Below, piece by piece: positions 45,976 to 55,322 of a stretch of DNA of 64,000 nucleotides. The translations under genes and the position numbers were made by a program. The notes under the pieces are model-generated. The model was given only the letters and a program-made list of their open reading frames with translations, had not been told where the DNA came from and searched no databases. Within the stretch, counting starts at the first letter, position 1. Each line of letters begins with the position of its first letter. This stretch comes from Lachnospiraceae bacterium (lineage in GTDB: Bacteria > Bacillota > Clostridia > Lachnospirales > Lachnospiraceae): assembly GCA_030536685.1 (NCBI GenBank), contig JAUNPP010000003.1, forward strand, positions 706-64,705. The letters are read 5' to 3'.

Positions 45976-46277
45976 GATTCTGGCAGGCAGACAGGATTTC
46001 TGTGAAAAAGGGATGGACTGGCCGGAAGAAACGGGTCTTATCGGAGAGATTCATACAGCTCACAGGGATAAAATCGCCTGACTAACATAATAAAATATTA
46101 TATTGCGCTGTATCCTGAGGATGAGACAGGGAGGCCCGCGGACAGAATGTACATATGAAAGAGACTGCTGCGGAGCAGAAGATGATTTTACAAAAGAGTA
46201 TTTTCCTGGAAGATGATTTTGCAAAAGGGTATTCTTTTGGAAAAGAATTCTAAATGGGAGCAGCAGCAGGAGGAAGT

Positions 46278-46916
46278 ATGTACAAATTTAAAAATCAGAC
46301 ACAGAAGATGGTATTGACCGCAGCGTTTGCAGCAATAATCATTGTAATGGCGAATGTTCCGTTTCTTGGTTTTATTCGTCTTGGCATTATAAGTGCCACA
46401 ACACTTCATATTCCGGTTATTATCGGCGCCGTTCTGCTTGGCGCAAGATCCGGTGCATTTCTGGGCTTTATCTTCGGATCGACCAGCTGTATCCAGGCTA
46501 CATTTCAGCCGAATCTTACATCATTTTGTTTTTCACCTTTTTATTCAGTAGGTGAGCTTCACGGCAATTTTTGGAGTCTTGTTGTTTGTTTTGTACCCCG
46601 TATTTTGATTGGCGTTATCGCTTATTTTGTATTTGCAGGTCTGATGAAAGTCCTGAAAGGCAAAAGAAAAGTAAAAGAAACGATTGCGCTTCCGATAGCA
46701 GGTATTGCCGGTTCTATGACTAATACGATTCTGGTAATGGGAGGCATTTATGTATTCTTCGGAGAACAGTATGCTTCTGTTTTGGAAATCGGGGGAGTTT
46801 TGTATAAGGCAATTCTGGCAGTTGTAGTGGGAAATGGTATTCCTGAGGCAATTGTATGTGCAATTCTGGTAACGATGATCGGAAAAGCACTGCTTCATTT
46901 TGTAGAAGTACAGTAA
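46278..46916 (+). CDS. ECF transporter S (substrate-capture) component, substrate unknown
   Basis: About 210 aa, 6 TM segments. The pattern LHIPVIIGAVLLGARSGAFLGFIFG is typical of S components. AGGAGGAAG SD. Confidence 0.75.
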   Translation: MYKFKNQTQKMVLTAAFAAIIIVMANVPFLGFIRLGIISATTLHIPVIIGAVLLGARSGAFLGFIFGSTSCIQATFQPNLTSFCFSPFYSVGELHGNFWSLVVCFVPRILIGVIAYFVFAGLMKVLKGKRKVKETIALPIAGIAGSMTNTILVMGGIYVFFGEQYASVLEIGGVLYKAILAVVVGNGIPEAIVCAILVTMIGKALLHFVEVQ

Positions 46917-47238
46917 TGAAAATTGTATTCTGAAAGTATAAGCGTTTTTGAAAGAATAGAAGAGCTTGAAAGAATAGAAGAACTTTAAAAAATGGAAGAG
47001 CTTTTGGAAAATAAAGCGTTTTTGAAAAATATGAGAGCTGCGATGGTGATGAAGATTGCCTTTGCAGCTCTTTTTGTAAAAACTGTGAATGGGAAGCAGT
47101 TTACAGAAAATTCAGAATTGTTTAGAGTTTATTTTTACATAATTCGTCTGCCATGTGTTATACTGAATGAAAATGTCAGATTTGATGATAAAATATACAC
47201 TGACGGATATAATAGAATTACATGGGAGGGATTGCCGG

Positions 47239-48732
47239 ATGAAACTGCGGAGCAGACTTGTTATTGCATTTGTAATTATTCTGATGGTGCCGATTGGTCT
47301 GGTTTATCTTTGTATAACAGTATTAAACGGATATCAGGTGAGGCTTTTGCACCAGGCGTATGGTGTGCAGGCTCCGGACAGCAGTTTGTTTGATTCGAAC
47401 ACAATCGAGCTGTTTGATGCACTTTTGGAGAAGTCTGAGAAGGCTGTCTGGGAAGCGATTGAAGAAGATAAGAATCAGTTTCAGGATATAAAGTTTCTGG
47501 AGAGTTTAAGCAAAGAGATATCGGGCTGGTATTCGTATCTTGCTGTCAGAGTAGATGATGAGTTTTTATATTTTGATAAGGACGCCAGTCTGCCGTTTGA
47601 GCTGCTCAGTCAGCTTCCCGGCTATGGAGCGCAGGAATCGGATGGTGAATTGAATGCCTATACGGGAAGGGCTACGAATTGTCTTATGCGGCAGAATGAT
47701 TTCCGGCTTTCTGATGGAGGAAGGTGCACGGTGTTTGTCATTACGCCGATTGAGAAGCCGCCGCAGCTTCGCGGAGTCTATGTAAAACTGGCAGTCAGCG
47801 TTGTGATCATTATGCTCTTTACCGCGCTGCTTCTGATTATGTGGATTTATGGTTCGATTCTGATACCGATAGGGAAGCTTAAGAAAGCAACACAGGCAAT
47901 CCGCGATGGAAACCTGGATTATGAGCTTCAGATCCAGGGAGATGACGAGATCAGCGGTCTTTGCATGGATTTTGAGGAGATGCGCCGCAGGCTGAAGGCG
48001 AATTCCCAGGAAAAGATGCATTATGATGAGGACAACAAGGAGCTGATCAGCAATATTTCCCATGATTTAAAGACGCCGATCACGGCGATTAAGGGGTATG
48101 TCGAGGGGATTATGGATGGAGTTGCCTCCTCCCCCGATAAGCTGGACAAATATATTCGCACGATTTATAATAAAGCCAATGACATGGATAAACTGATTGA
48201 TGAGCTGACATTTTACTCAAAAATCGATACGAACAAGATTCCGTATAATTTTGCCCGTATCAATGTATCCGCGTATTTTGAAGACTGCAGCGAGGAATTG
48301 ATGCTGGATCTGGAAGGACAGGGAATCGAGATGCAGTATATGAATTTCTGCGATACGGATGTGGAGGTTATTGCAGATGCAGAGCAGATGAAGCGGGTGG
48401 TCAACAACATTATCGGTAATTCCGTTAAATATATGGATAAAAAGAAGGGCATTATTAATATGCGGATTAAAGATCTTGGCGATTTCGTTCAGGTTGAGAT
48501 TGAAGACAACGGAAAGGGAATTGCAGCAAAGGATCTTCCGTATATTTTTGACCGTTTTTATCGGACGGATAAGGCGAGAAATTCCCGAAAGGGAGGAAGT
48601 GGTATCGGTTTATCGATTGTACATAAGATTATTGAGGATCATGGAGGCCAGATCTGGGCAACCAGTAAGGAAGGTACGGGAACAGTGATGCATTTTGCAT
48701 TGAGAAAATATCAGGAGGTACGAAGTGAGTAG
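47239..48732 (+). CDS. sensor histidine kinase (2 TM, HAMP, HisKA, HATPase_c)
   Basis: H-box SNISHDLKTPITAI. N, G1 and G2 boxes NNIIGNSVKY, EDNGKGI, GGSGIGLS. GGGAGGG SD. Confidence 0.9.
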   Translation: MKLRSRLVIAFVIILMVPIGLVYLCITVLNGYQVRLLHQAYGVQAPDSSLFDSNTIELFDALLEKSEKAVWEAIEEDKNQFQDIKFLESLSKEISGWYSYLAVRVDDEFLYFDKDASLPFELLSQLPGYGAQESDGELNAYTGRATNCLMRQNDFRLSDGGRCTVFVITPIEKPPQLRGVYVKLAVSVVIIMLFTALLLIMWIYGSILIPIGKLKKATQAIRDGNLDYELQIQGDDEISGLCMDFEEMRRRLKANSQEKMHYDEDNKELISNISHDLKTPITAIKGYVEGIMDGVASSPDKLDKYIRTIYNKANDMDKLIDELTFYSKIDTNKIPYNFARINVSAYFEDCSEELMLDLEGQGIEMQYMNFCDTDVEVIADAEQMKRVVNNIIGNSVKYMDKKKGIINMRIKDLGDFVQVEIEDNGKGIAAKDLPYIFDRFYRTDKARNSRKGGSGIGLSIVHKIIEDHGGQIWATSKEGTGTVMHFALRKYQEVRSE

Positions 48733-49414
48733 ATTATTAATTATAGAAGATGAGGAATCAATTGCGGAGCTGGAGAAGGATTATCTTGAACTCAGTGGTT
48801 TTGATGTAGAAATTGAGAATAACGGACAGAGTGGCCTGGACAGAGCGCTGGCGGAGGATTTTGATCTGTATATTCTGGATCTGATGCTTCCTGAGGTTGA
48901 CGGATTTGAAATCTGCCGAAGAATCCGCAAGGAACGAAACACACCTGTGCTGATGGTATCTGCCAAGAAAGATGATATCGATAAGATTCGGGGACTGGGG
49001 CTTGGTGCAGATGATTATATTACGAAGCCTTTCAGTCCGAGTGAGCTGGTAGCGCGGGTAAAAGCGCATCTTGCCAGGTATGAGCGGCTTATCGGCAGCT
49101 CTGCTTCACAGAATGAGATGGTGGAGATCCGGGGGCTGAAGATCGATAAGACGGCGCGCCGGGTTTATATCAATGGCACAGAGAAACAGTTTACTACAAA
49201 GGAATTTGACCTGCTGGCATTTCTTGCACAGCATCCGAATCATGTATTTTCCAAGGAGGAGCTGTTTAAGAAGATCTGGGATATGGAATCTGTAGGTGAT
49301 ATTGCAACGGTAACGGTACATATCAAAAAAATCCGTGAAAAAATCGAATTCAACACAGCAAAACCTCAGTATATTGAAACAATATGGGGCGTTGGATATC
49401 GGTTTAAGGTGTAA
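48725..49414 (+). CDS. OmpR-family response regulator
   Basis: Receiver domain with DLYILDLMLP (phospho-Asp). Winged-helix C-terminus TVHIKKIREKI ... IETIWGVGYRF. GTG start overlaps the HK stop by 8 nt. Confidence 0.9.
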   Translation: MSRLLIIEDEESIAELEKDYLELSGFDVEIENNGQSGLDRALAEDFDLYILDLMLPEVDGFEICRRIRKERNTPVLMVSAKKDDIDKIRGLGLGADDYITKPFSPSELVARVKAHLARYERLIGSSASQNEMVEIRGLKIDKTARRVYINGTEKQFTTKEFDLLAFLAQHPNHVFSKEELFKKIWDMESVGDIATVTVHIKKIREKIEFNTAKPQYIETIWGVGYRFKV

Positions 49415-49471
49415 AAAAGAAGGGTATTAATAAAGAAGAGTATTAAAAAGATATTAAAAAGGTATTAAACT

Positions 49472-50002
49472 ATGAAAAGATATTTAGCACTTATACTGAC
49501 AATAGTGATGGCGCTTGGTGCGTTTACTGCCTGCGGCAAGGATAAGAGTGCGGACAATGCGCTGGCTGATAAGGGCCTGGATGAGATTCTTGCAGCGGTT
49601 TATGAGAAAAAAACTCCTGAATTTAAGCTGACGGATACGAAGGTCGATCTTACGGATGAGAATATGGCAGTGTATTTTACAGGTCTTTCAAAGGAAGATG
49701 GCGAAAAGGTAGAAGAAGCGCTTGCTTCGGAGCCTGCTATGAGTTCTCAGGCCTATTCGCTTGTTCTGCTTCGGGTAAAGGATGAAAAGGATGCACAGGC
49801 AATCGCTGCCGCGGTGAAGGATGGCGTTGATACGAGAAAATGGATCTGTGTTGAAGCGGATGATGTGCGCGCGTGTGCACACGGTGATGTTGTGATGTTT
49901 ATTATGATGTCCTCTGAATTTGCGGATTCTCTTACTGCAGATCAGATGGTTGAGGCGTTTAAAGAGACTGCCGGAGGCAGTTTAAGTGTTGACTTAAAGT
50001 AG
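49472..50002 (+). CDS. lipoprotein, DUF4358-like
   Basis: Lipobox LGAFTACG. The size and position next to the MBOAT/DHHW genes match the DUF4358 context recalled from other Clostridia. Confidence 0.65.
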   Translation: MKRYLALILTIVMALGAFTACGKDKSADNALADKGLDEILAAVYEKKTPEFKLTDTKVDLTDENMAVYFTGLSKEDGEKVEEALASEPAMSSQAYSLVLLRVKDEKDAQAIAAAVKDGVDTRKWICVEADDVRACAHGDVVMFIMMSSEFADSLTADQMVEAFKETAGGSLSVDLK

Positions 50003-50020
50003 TACGAAAGTAGTACGAGT

Positions 50021-51529
50021 ATGCTTTTTTCAAGTATTCCTTTTTTATACTACTATTTACCGGTATTTTTTGTATTTTATGCTGCTGCGCCCGGAAAGTG
50101 GAAAAATTGCGTTATTTTTTTCGGCAGTTTGGCTTTTTACGGGTGTGCAGAACCAAAGAATCTGATTTTAATTCTGACCTTTGTTCTGACCGGCTATTTG
50201 GGAGGAATTCTAATCGTTCATGAGCAGAGTCGGAAGACTGCATGTGCGCAGGGGCGAAAGACTGCATGTGATCAGAAGAACAAGGATGCACGTGAGCAGA
50301 AGAGCAGGGATACATGGGAGCAGGGGAAAAGAATGGACGCACAGCAGCGGAAATCGGGAAGATGGTGTCTGGCGGTTTCAGCTGCTGTTTTATTATCTTT
50401 TCTCGGCTATTTTAAGTATGCGGATTTTTTGCTTGAAAACCTGAATCGCTTAACAGGTCTTAGTATTCCGATGCTTAGAGTCGTGCTGCCGGTCGGCATC
50501 AGCTTTTATACGTTTCAGATTATCAGCTACCTTGCAGATGTCTATCGCGGAGATGTCGCCTGTCAGCGCAATTTTATTGACTTTGGTGCGTACGTGATGT
50601 TTTTTCCGCAGCTGATTGCAGGTCCGATTGTGCGTTACAGGGATATTGCCGGGGAGCTGGAAAAGCGTACACATCAGATAAAAGCTGTTTATGATGGAGT
50701 TACACGGTTTTTGCTCGGTCTGGGGAAAAAAATCCTGATTGCAAATGCCATGGCGCAGCTGGTGGATATTTTCCGCGCATCTGATCAAAAATCGGTCTTG
50801 TTTTACTGGATTTATGCAGCAGCGTTTACGCTTTTTATTTATTTTGATTTTTCAGGGTACAGTGATATGGCGATTGGCCTTGGACGGATCATGGGATTTC
50901 ATTTTCCGGAGAATTTTAATTATCCATATCTGTCGGGAAGCATTACGGAATTCTGGCGAAGATGGCATATGACGCTTGGAGGCTGGTTTCGGGATTATGT
51001 TTATATCCCGCTCGGAGGGAATCGGGTGAAGAAATCGCGCTGGCTGTTTCATATTTTTATTGTCTGGATGCTTACCGGTCTGTGGCATGGAGCAGCCTGG
51101 AATTTTGTTATCTGGGGGCTGTTGTTTGCTGTTTTGCTGATTATAGAAAAGCTGACCGGATTTACCGAAAAAATCCCGAAAGCTTTCAGACATGTGTATG
51201 TTTTGCTGGTGCTGGTATTTAGTTTCGTTATTTTTAATGCAGCGGACATGGCGCAGGCGGGCAGTGACATTCGGGGGCTTTTCGGCTTTGGCAATCTGCC
51301 GCTTTATACGGCAGAAACGATGTATTATTTGAAAAGCTACCTGCTTACACTGATTGCTGCCGGAATTGGCTGTACGCCTTTTCCGAAATATGTGTTTGCG
51401 GCTATGCAAAGACGCTCTCCCGGTGTGTTTTCTTTGGTTAAAATGGTGGGGCTGGTCATGATATTGCTGCTTTCGACGGCCTATCTGGTTGATGGCTCCT
51501 TTAATCCGTTTCTTTATTTCAGATTTTGA
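50021..51529 (+). CDS. MBOAT family O-acyltransferase (AlgI/DltB-like) with a 32-aa repeat insertion
   Basis: Signature EFWRRWHMTLGGWFRDYVYIPLGGNR with the catalytic His. Multi-TM protein. Confidence 0.85.
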   Translation: MLFSSIPFLYYYLPVFFVFYAAAPGKWKNCVIFFGSLAFYGCAEPKNLILILTFVLTGYLGGILIVHEQSRKTACAQGRKTACDQKNKDAREQKSRDTWEQGKRMDAQQRKSGRWCLAVSAAVLLSFLGYFKYADFLLENLNRLTGLSIPMLRVVLPVGISFYTFQIISYLADVYRGDVACQRNFIDFGAYVMFFPQLIAGPIVRYRDIAGELEKRTHQIKAVYDGVTRFLLGLGKKILIANAMAQLVDIFRASDQKSVLFYWIYAAAFTLFIYFDFSGYSDMAIGLGRIMGFHFPENFNYPYLSGSITEFWRRWHMTLGGWFRDYVYIPLGGNRVKKSRWLFHIFIVWMLTGLWHGAAWNFVIWGLLFAVLLIIEKLTGFTEKIPKAFRHVYVLLVLVFSFVIFNAADMAQAGSDIRGLFGFGNLPLYTAETMYYLKSYLLTLIAAGIGCTPFPKYVFAAMQRRSPGVFSLVKMVGLVMILLLSTAYLVDGSFNPFLYFRF

Positions 51530-52677
51530 TGGGAGGTCGATGGCGTTTGAAACACAAGGAGAAATCTCTAAAGTGCAAAATGAAGCTTCTGAAGCATATT
51601 ATACCGCTGCTGGTATTGTTTGCGGTTTGGGGCGGGATTGCTCTTTTTTGCTGGCTGAAGCCGGAAGATGATTTTTCTGTAAGTGAACGGCGCAGGCTTG
51701 CGTCTTTACCGGCAATGAGTGTGGATTCGGTGCTGTCAGGTGAATATTTCCGTGATTTTGAAGAATATTCGCTGGATCAGTTTCCGCTTCGGGATGCGTT
51801 TCGGGTTCTTAAATCGGTATCTGAATTTTATCTGTTTGGAAAAAGCGATAACCATGATATTTATATTTCAGATGGGTATGCGGTGAAGATTGAGTATCCT
51901 TTGGATAAAAGTTCGGTTCGAAGCGCGGTAAAAAAGCTGAATTATTTATATGAAACGTATCTGTCTGATGTTTCCGGAAATATTTATCTGTCTGTAATTC
52001 CGGATAAAGGATATTTTTCGGCAGAGCAGACAGAACATCCGGCGATGGATTATCAGGCTCTTTTTGATATTGTAAAAGAGGGAATGCCCTATGCAAAATA
52101 TATGGATGTCACATCCATGCTGGAATTGTCCGATTATTACAAGACAGATTCTCATTGGCGGCAGGAAAAGATAAGGGATGTTGCAGAATATTTCGCGGAT
52201 TCAATGGGGGCGTCTGTTTCCGGGAAATATGAGGAACATGTGGTGGAAAAGCCGTTTTACGGAGTATATCTCGGACAGGCTGCTCTTTTGCTTGAAAATG
52301 ACAGGATTCATTATCTTTCCAACGATACGTTGGAAAAGTGTACTCTTTATAATGAAGAAACAAAAGAAACAACGGGGCTTTATCATTTTGAAAAGCTGGA
52401 AAGCCGTGATATGTATGAGATATATTTATCAGGCGCTTCCCCGCTGCTTTCCATTAAAAATCCGATTGCAGAAAAGGAAAAGAAACTGATTGTTTTCAGG
52501 GATTCTTTCGCCTCAAGTCTGATTCCTTTGCTGGCGGAAGGATATTCTGAAATAACACTGGTCGATACCCGTTATATGTCTCCTACAGCAGTTGGAGACT
52601 ATGTGGATTTTGCTGGCGCTGACATTTTGTTTTTATATAGTACCACAGTTTTGAATAACAGCGAAACGCTGCGGTGA
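51529..52677 (+). CDS. DHHW/AlgX-AlgJ-like SGNH-fold protein (partner of MBOAT)
   Basis: N-terminal signal anchor. YYKTDSHW motif (a DHHW variant). The ATG overlaps the MBOAT stop as TGATG. Confidence 0.7.
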   Translation: MGGRWRLKHKEKSLKCKMKLLKHIIPLLVLFAVWGGIALFCWLKPEDDFSVSERRRLASLPAMSVDSVLSGEYFRDFEEYSLDQFPLRDAFRVLKSVSEFYLFGKSDNHDIYISDGYAVKIEYPLDKSSVRSAVKKLNYLYETYLSDVSGNIYLSVIPDKGYFSAEQTEHPAMDYQALFDIVKEGMPYAKYMDVTSMLELSDYYKTDSHWRQEKIRDVAEYFADSMGASVSGKYEEHVVEKPFYGVYLGQAALLLENDRIHYLSNDTLEKCTLYNEETKETTGLYHFEKLESRDMYEIYLSGASPLLSIKNPIAEKEKKLIVFRDSFASSLIPLLAEGYSEITLVDTRYMSPTAVGDYVDFAGADILFLYSTTVLNNSETLR

Positions 52678-52719
52678 GGAAAGCTGATACCAGATTTTCT
52701 CAGGAAAGGACACTGCCAA

Positions 52720-53199
52720 ATGAAAAAAATGAGAAGACATGACCGAGAGATAACCGATCCCACCAGAATCAATGAAATTATATCTGCCTGTACCTGCTGC
52801 AGACTGGGATTAAATGATGATGGAAAGGTGTATATTGTCCCGCTGAATTTCGGATATGAAGAAAACCAGCAGAAAAAGATATTTTACTTTCACGGTGCGG
52901 TTCAGGGAAGAAAGCTTGAGCTGATTCAAAAAACACACTATGCGGGCTTTGAACTGGATACCAATTATGAACTTCATACCGCGGGTACCGCCTGCGCCCA
53001 CTCGGCTCGTTTCCAGAGTATCATTGGAACCGGAAAGATTGATATAATAGAGTATCTTCAGGAGAAAAGACGAGCGCTTGGGCTCATCATGTATCACAAT
53101 ACCCAAAAGGCTGACTGGGATTTCCCGGAAAAAGCGCTTCAGGCAGTAGCAGTATTTAAGCTGGAGGTTGACGAACTGACATGTAAGGAACACCTGTAA
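52720..53199 (+). CDS. pyridoxamine 5'-phosphate oxidase-fold (NimA-like) flavoprotein
   Basis: 159 aa. MRRHDREITD ... CRLGLNDDGKVYIVPLNFGY, typical of the split-barrel family. Confidence 0.7.
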   Translation: MKKMRRHDREITDPTRINEIISACTCCRLGLNDDGKVYIVPLNFGYEENQQKKIFYFHGAVQGRKLELIQKTHYAGFELDTNYELHTAGTACAHSARFQSIIGTGKIDIIEYLQEKRRALGLIMYHNTQKADWDFPEKALQAVAVFKLEVDELTCKEHL

Positions 53200-53390
53200 C
53201 GGCTTAAATCTCGCAGTATTTTTACAGGTGTCGTAATGTCGTAAACTTCCGGTTTTACCAGTTGTGGAGTGTCTCGGGAGAGTGTCAACGTTGCATTTCC
53301 AACAGACACACTCCTTAAAAAGCAGTAAAATAAAGCTGTAGAAAAAATGGCAGAGCGGATCATGTGTCCGTTTGTTTTCTGGAGGAAATT

Positions 53391-54110
53391 ATGGTTCGGA
53401 GAATTGTTAAAATTGATGAAGAAAAATGTAATGGCTGCGGTTTATGCGCAGAGGCGTGTCATGAAGGCGCAATTGGGATAATAAATGGAAAAGCGAAGCT
53501 GCTTCGGGATGATTACTGTGACGGTTTGGGGGATTGTCTTCCGGCCTGCCCTGTGGATGCAATTGGCTTTGAGGAGCGGGAGGCAGCAGCATATGATGAA
53601 AAGGCGGTAGAAGAGAGAAAAGCAGCAGCGTATGGTGAAAAAGCGGCAGAAGAGAGAAACGTAACAGCGCATGCTGAAAAGACGGTAGAAAAGAGAAAAG
53701 CCTGTTTGGAAAATATGGATAAAAATTCTGAAAACTGCGCGTGTGAAAGCAGGCTTTCCACATGGCCGGTTCAGATGAAACTGGCTCCGATACAGGCTCC
53801 GTATTTTGCAGATGCAGATCTTTTGATTGCAGCGGATTGCACAGCGTATGCATATGGTGATTTTCATAACCGATTTATCAAAAACCGTGTTACTTTGATC
53901 GGATGTCCGAAACTGGATTCGGGTGATTACAGTGAAAAGCTGACCGAAATTATGAAAAATAACACAATCAAGAGCGTTACCGTTGTAAGAATGCAGGTTC
54001 CCTGCTGCGGTAAACTGGAAAATGCAGTAAAACGTGCTCTGAACAACAGCGGAAAGGAAATTCCATGTGAAGTGCTTGTAATTTCAACGAATGGAAGGCT
54101 TTTGGTGTAA
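53391..54110 (+). CDS. 4Fe-4S dicluster domain protein with a 3 x 13-aa repeat insertion
   Basis: CNGCGLCAEACHEG and CDGLGDCLPACP motifs. GGAGGA SD before the ATG at 53391. Confidence 0.8.
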   Translation: MVRRIVKIDEEKCNGCGLCAEACHEGAIGIINGKAKLLRDDYCDGLGDCLPACPVDAIGFEEREAAAYDEKAVEERKAAAYGEKAAEERNVTAHAEKTVEKRKACLENMDKNSENCACESRLSTWPVQMKLAPIQAPYFADADLLIAADCTAYAYGDFHNRFIKNRVTLIGCPKLDSGDYSEKLTEIMKNNTIKSVTVVRMQVPCCGKLENAVKRALNNSGKEIPCEVLVISTNGRLLV

Positions 54111-54225
54111 ATGAAACAACTTCACACGGAATGCGTCTGGTGTAAGTGAAACAACTTCACATGGAATGCGTCTGGTGTAAATGAAACAACTTCATCTCAT
54201 ATGGAAGAATTCTGGTGTAAGCGGC
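54103..54225. repeat. 36-bp tandem repeat, 3.3 copies, each starting with the upstream gene's last codons plus stop (TGGTGTAA)
   Basis: Units at 54103, 54139, 54175 and 54214. Confidence 0.9.
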
Positions 54226-54281
54226 CTCGTTTCGGGACATACTATTTTGGAATGATTGGTATGTAACGCAGGAGGAGCATT

Positions 54282-55322
54282 ATGGGACAGGGGACGTTTG
54301 AGAGCTGGAAGAAAATATTGGCAATAACAGGAAGTGCACTTGCGGTTTACTTGATTTTCCGTCTGGTACTTCCTTTATTGCTGCCATTTTTGCTGGCGTT
54401 TCTGGTGGCAATGCTGATTCGTCCGTCTGTTCGGTGGCTGCGTCGGCGTCTGCATGTGAAGGAGAGCATTGGAGCAGTTCTGATTTTAGTGAGCATCGGT
54501 TTTTTCCTGATCATACTTGTCAATTTTGGGGGCACGATTTTACTGAAAGAACTGCAGGGGCTTTTAAAGGAACTGCAAAATCAGGAAATTATTGAAAATC
54601 TTACAAAATGGCTGAATGGAAAGGGCGGTAAAAAACTGATTTTGTTCGGCAGAGACTGTACAATCTGGCTGGCGGATATTTTAAGAAAATTTGGAGAATA
54701 TTTTACCTGGGAGCGGTGCATCAGCTACTGTATGTCTCATTCTCCGCAGCTGATGCGTTCCTGTATCAGCTTTTTTACGTCGCTCTTTGTCTTTTTCATG
54801 GCGAGTGTGCTGGCAGTGGAAGAAATGGAGCGGCTGCACCAGCGGTTGACGATGTGTATATTTTATAAGGAGATTGTGGATTTCGGGCTGTTTTTGGGGA
54901 AGATCTGTGGAAAATGGCTGCGGGTTCAGGGGCTGATCATGTTGATTACTACAGTTGTCAGCTGCCTGGGACTGTGGATCAGTGGTTTTTCCTATGCATT
55001 GCTTCTCGGAATTGTAATCGGACTGGTGGACATCCTGCCTATTTTCGGAACGGGAACAATTTATATCCCCTGGCTGATCTGGGAGTTTCTGAATCAGAAT
55101 CCCGGAAGAGGGCTTGCGCTGCTGATACTATATGTAATTTGCTATGTTACCCGTGAATTTATGGAAAGCAAGCTTATGGGAAAATGCATGGGGATTACGG
55201 CATTTGAGTTTCTGGCTGCCGTTTATGTCGGCCTGAAGCTGTTTGGAGCAGCCGGCTTTATACTCGGGCCGGTTGGAGTGCTGGTGATCATGTGGGCAGG
55301 CGGGAAGAAGGGAGACAGCTGA
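54282..55322 (+). CDS. AI-2E family membrane protein, YtvI-like (sporulation integral membrane protein type)
   Basis: 8 TM segments. AGGAGGAG SD. Block DILPIFGTGTIYIPW. Confidence 0.7.
   Translation: MGQGTFESWKKILAITGSALAVYLIFRLVLPLLLPFLLAFLVAMLIRPSVRWLRRRLHVKESIGAVLILVSIGFFLIILVNFGGTILLKELQGLLKELQNQEIIENLTKWLNGKGGKKLILFGRDCTIWLADILRKFGEYFTWERCISYCMSHSPQLMRSCISFFTSLFVFFMASVLAVEEMERLHQRLTMCIFYKEIVDFGLFLGKICGKWLRVQGLIMLITTVVSCLGLWISGFSYALLLGIVIGLVDILPIFGTGTIYIPWLIWEFLNQNPGRGLALLILYVICYVTREFMESKLMGKCMGITAFEFLAAVYVGLKLFGAAGFILGPVGVLVIMWAGGKKGDS

Noticed and set aside
46992-47393. 133-aa plus-strand ORF upstream of and overlapping the histidine kinase gene.
   Set aside because: - It spans a terminator hairpin (AGAGCTGC...GCAGCTCT followed by T's), the HK promoter and the HK start.
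- It has no SD, and its frame differs from the kinase.
54103-54225. The tandem arrays here and at 8697, 11054, 15209 and 17858 considered as CRISPR arrays.
   Set aside because: - The units are directly abutting with no unique spacers.
- Each array has only 2-6 copies.
- Unit lengths differ from array to array.
- No cas genes are present in the window.
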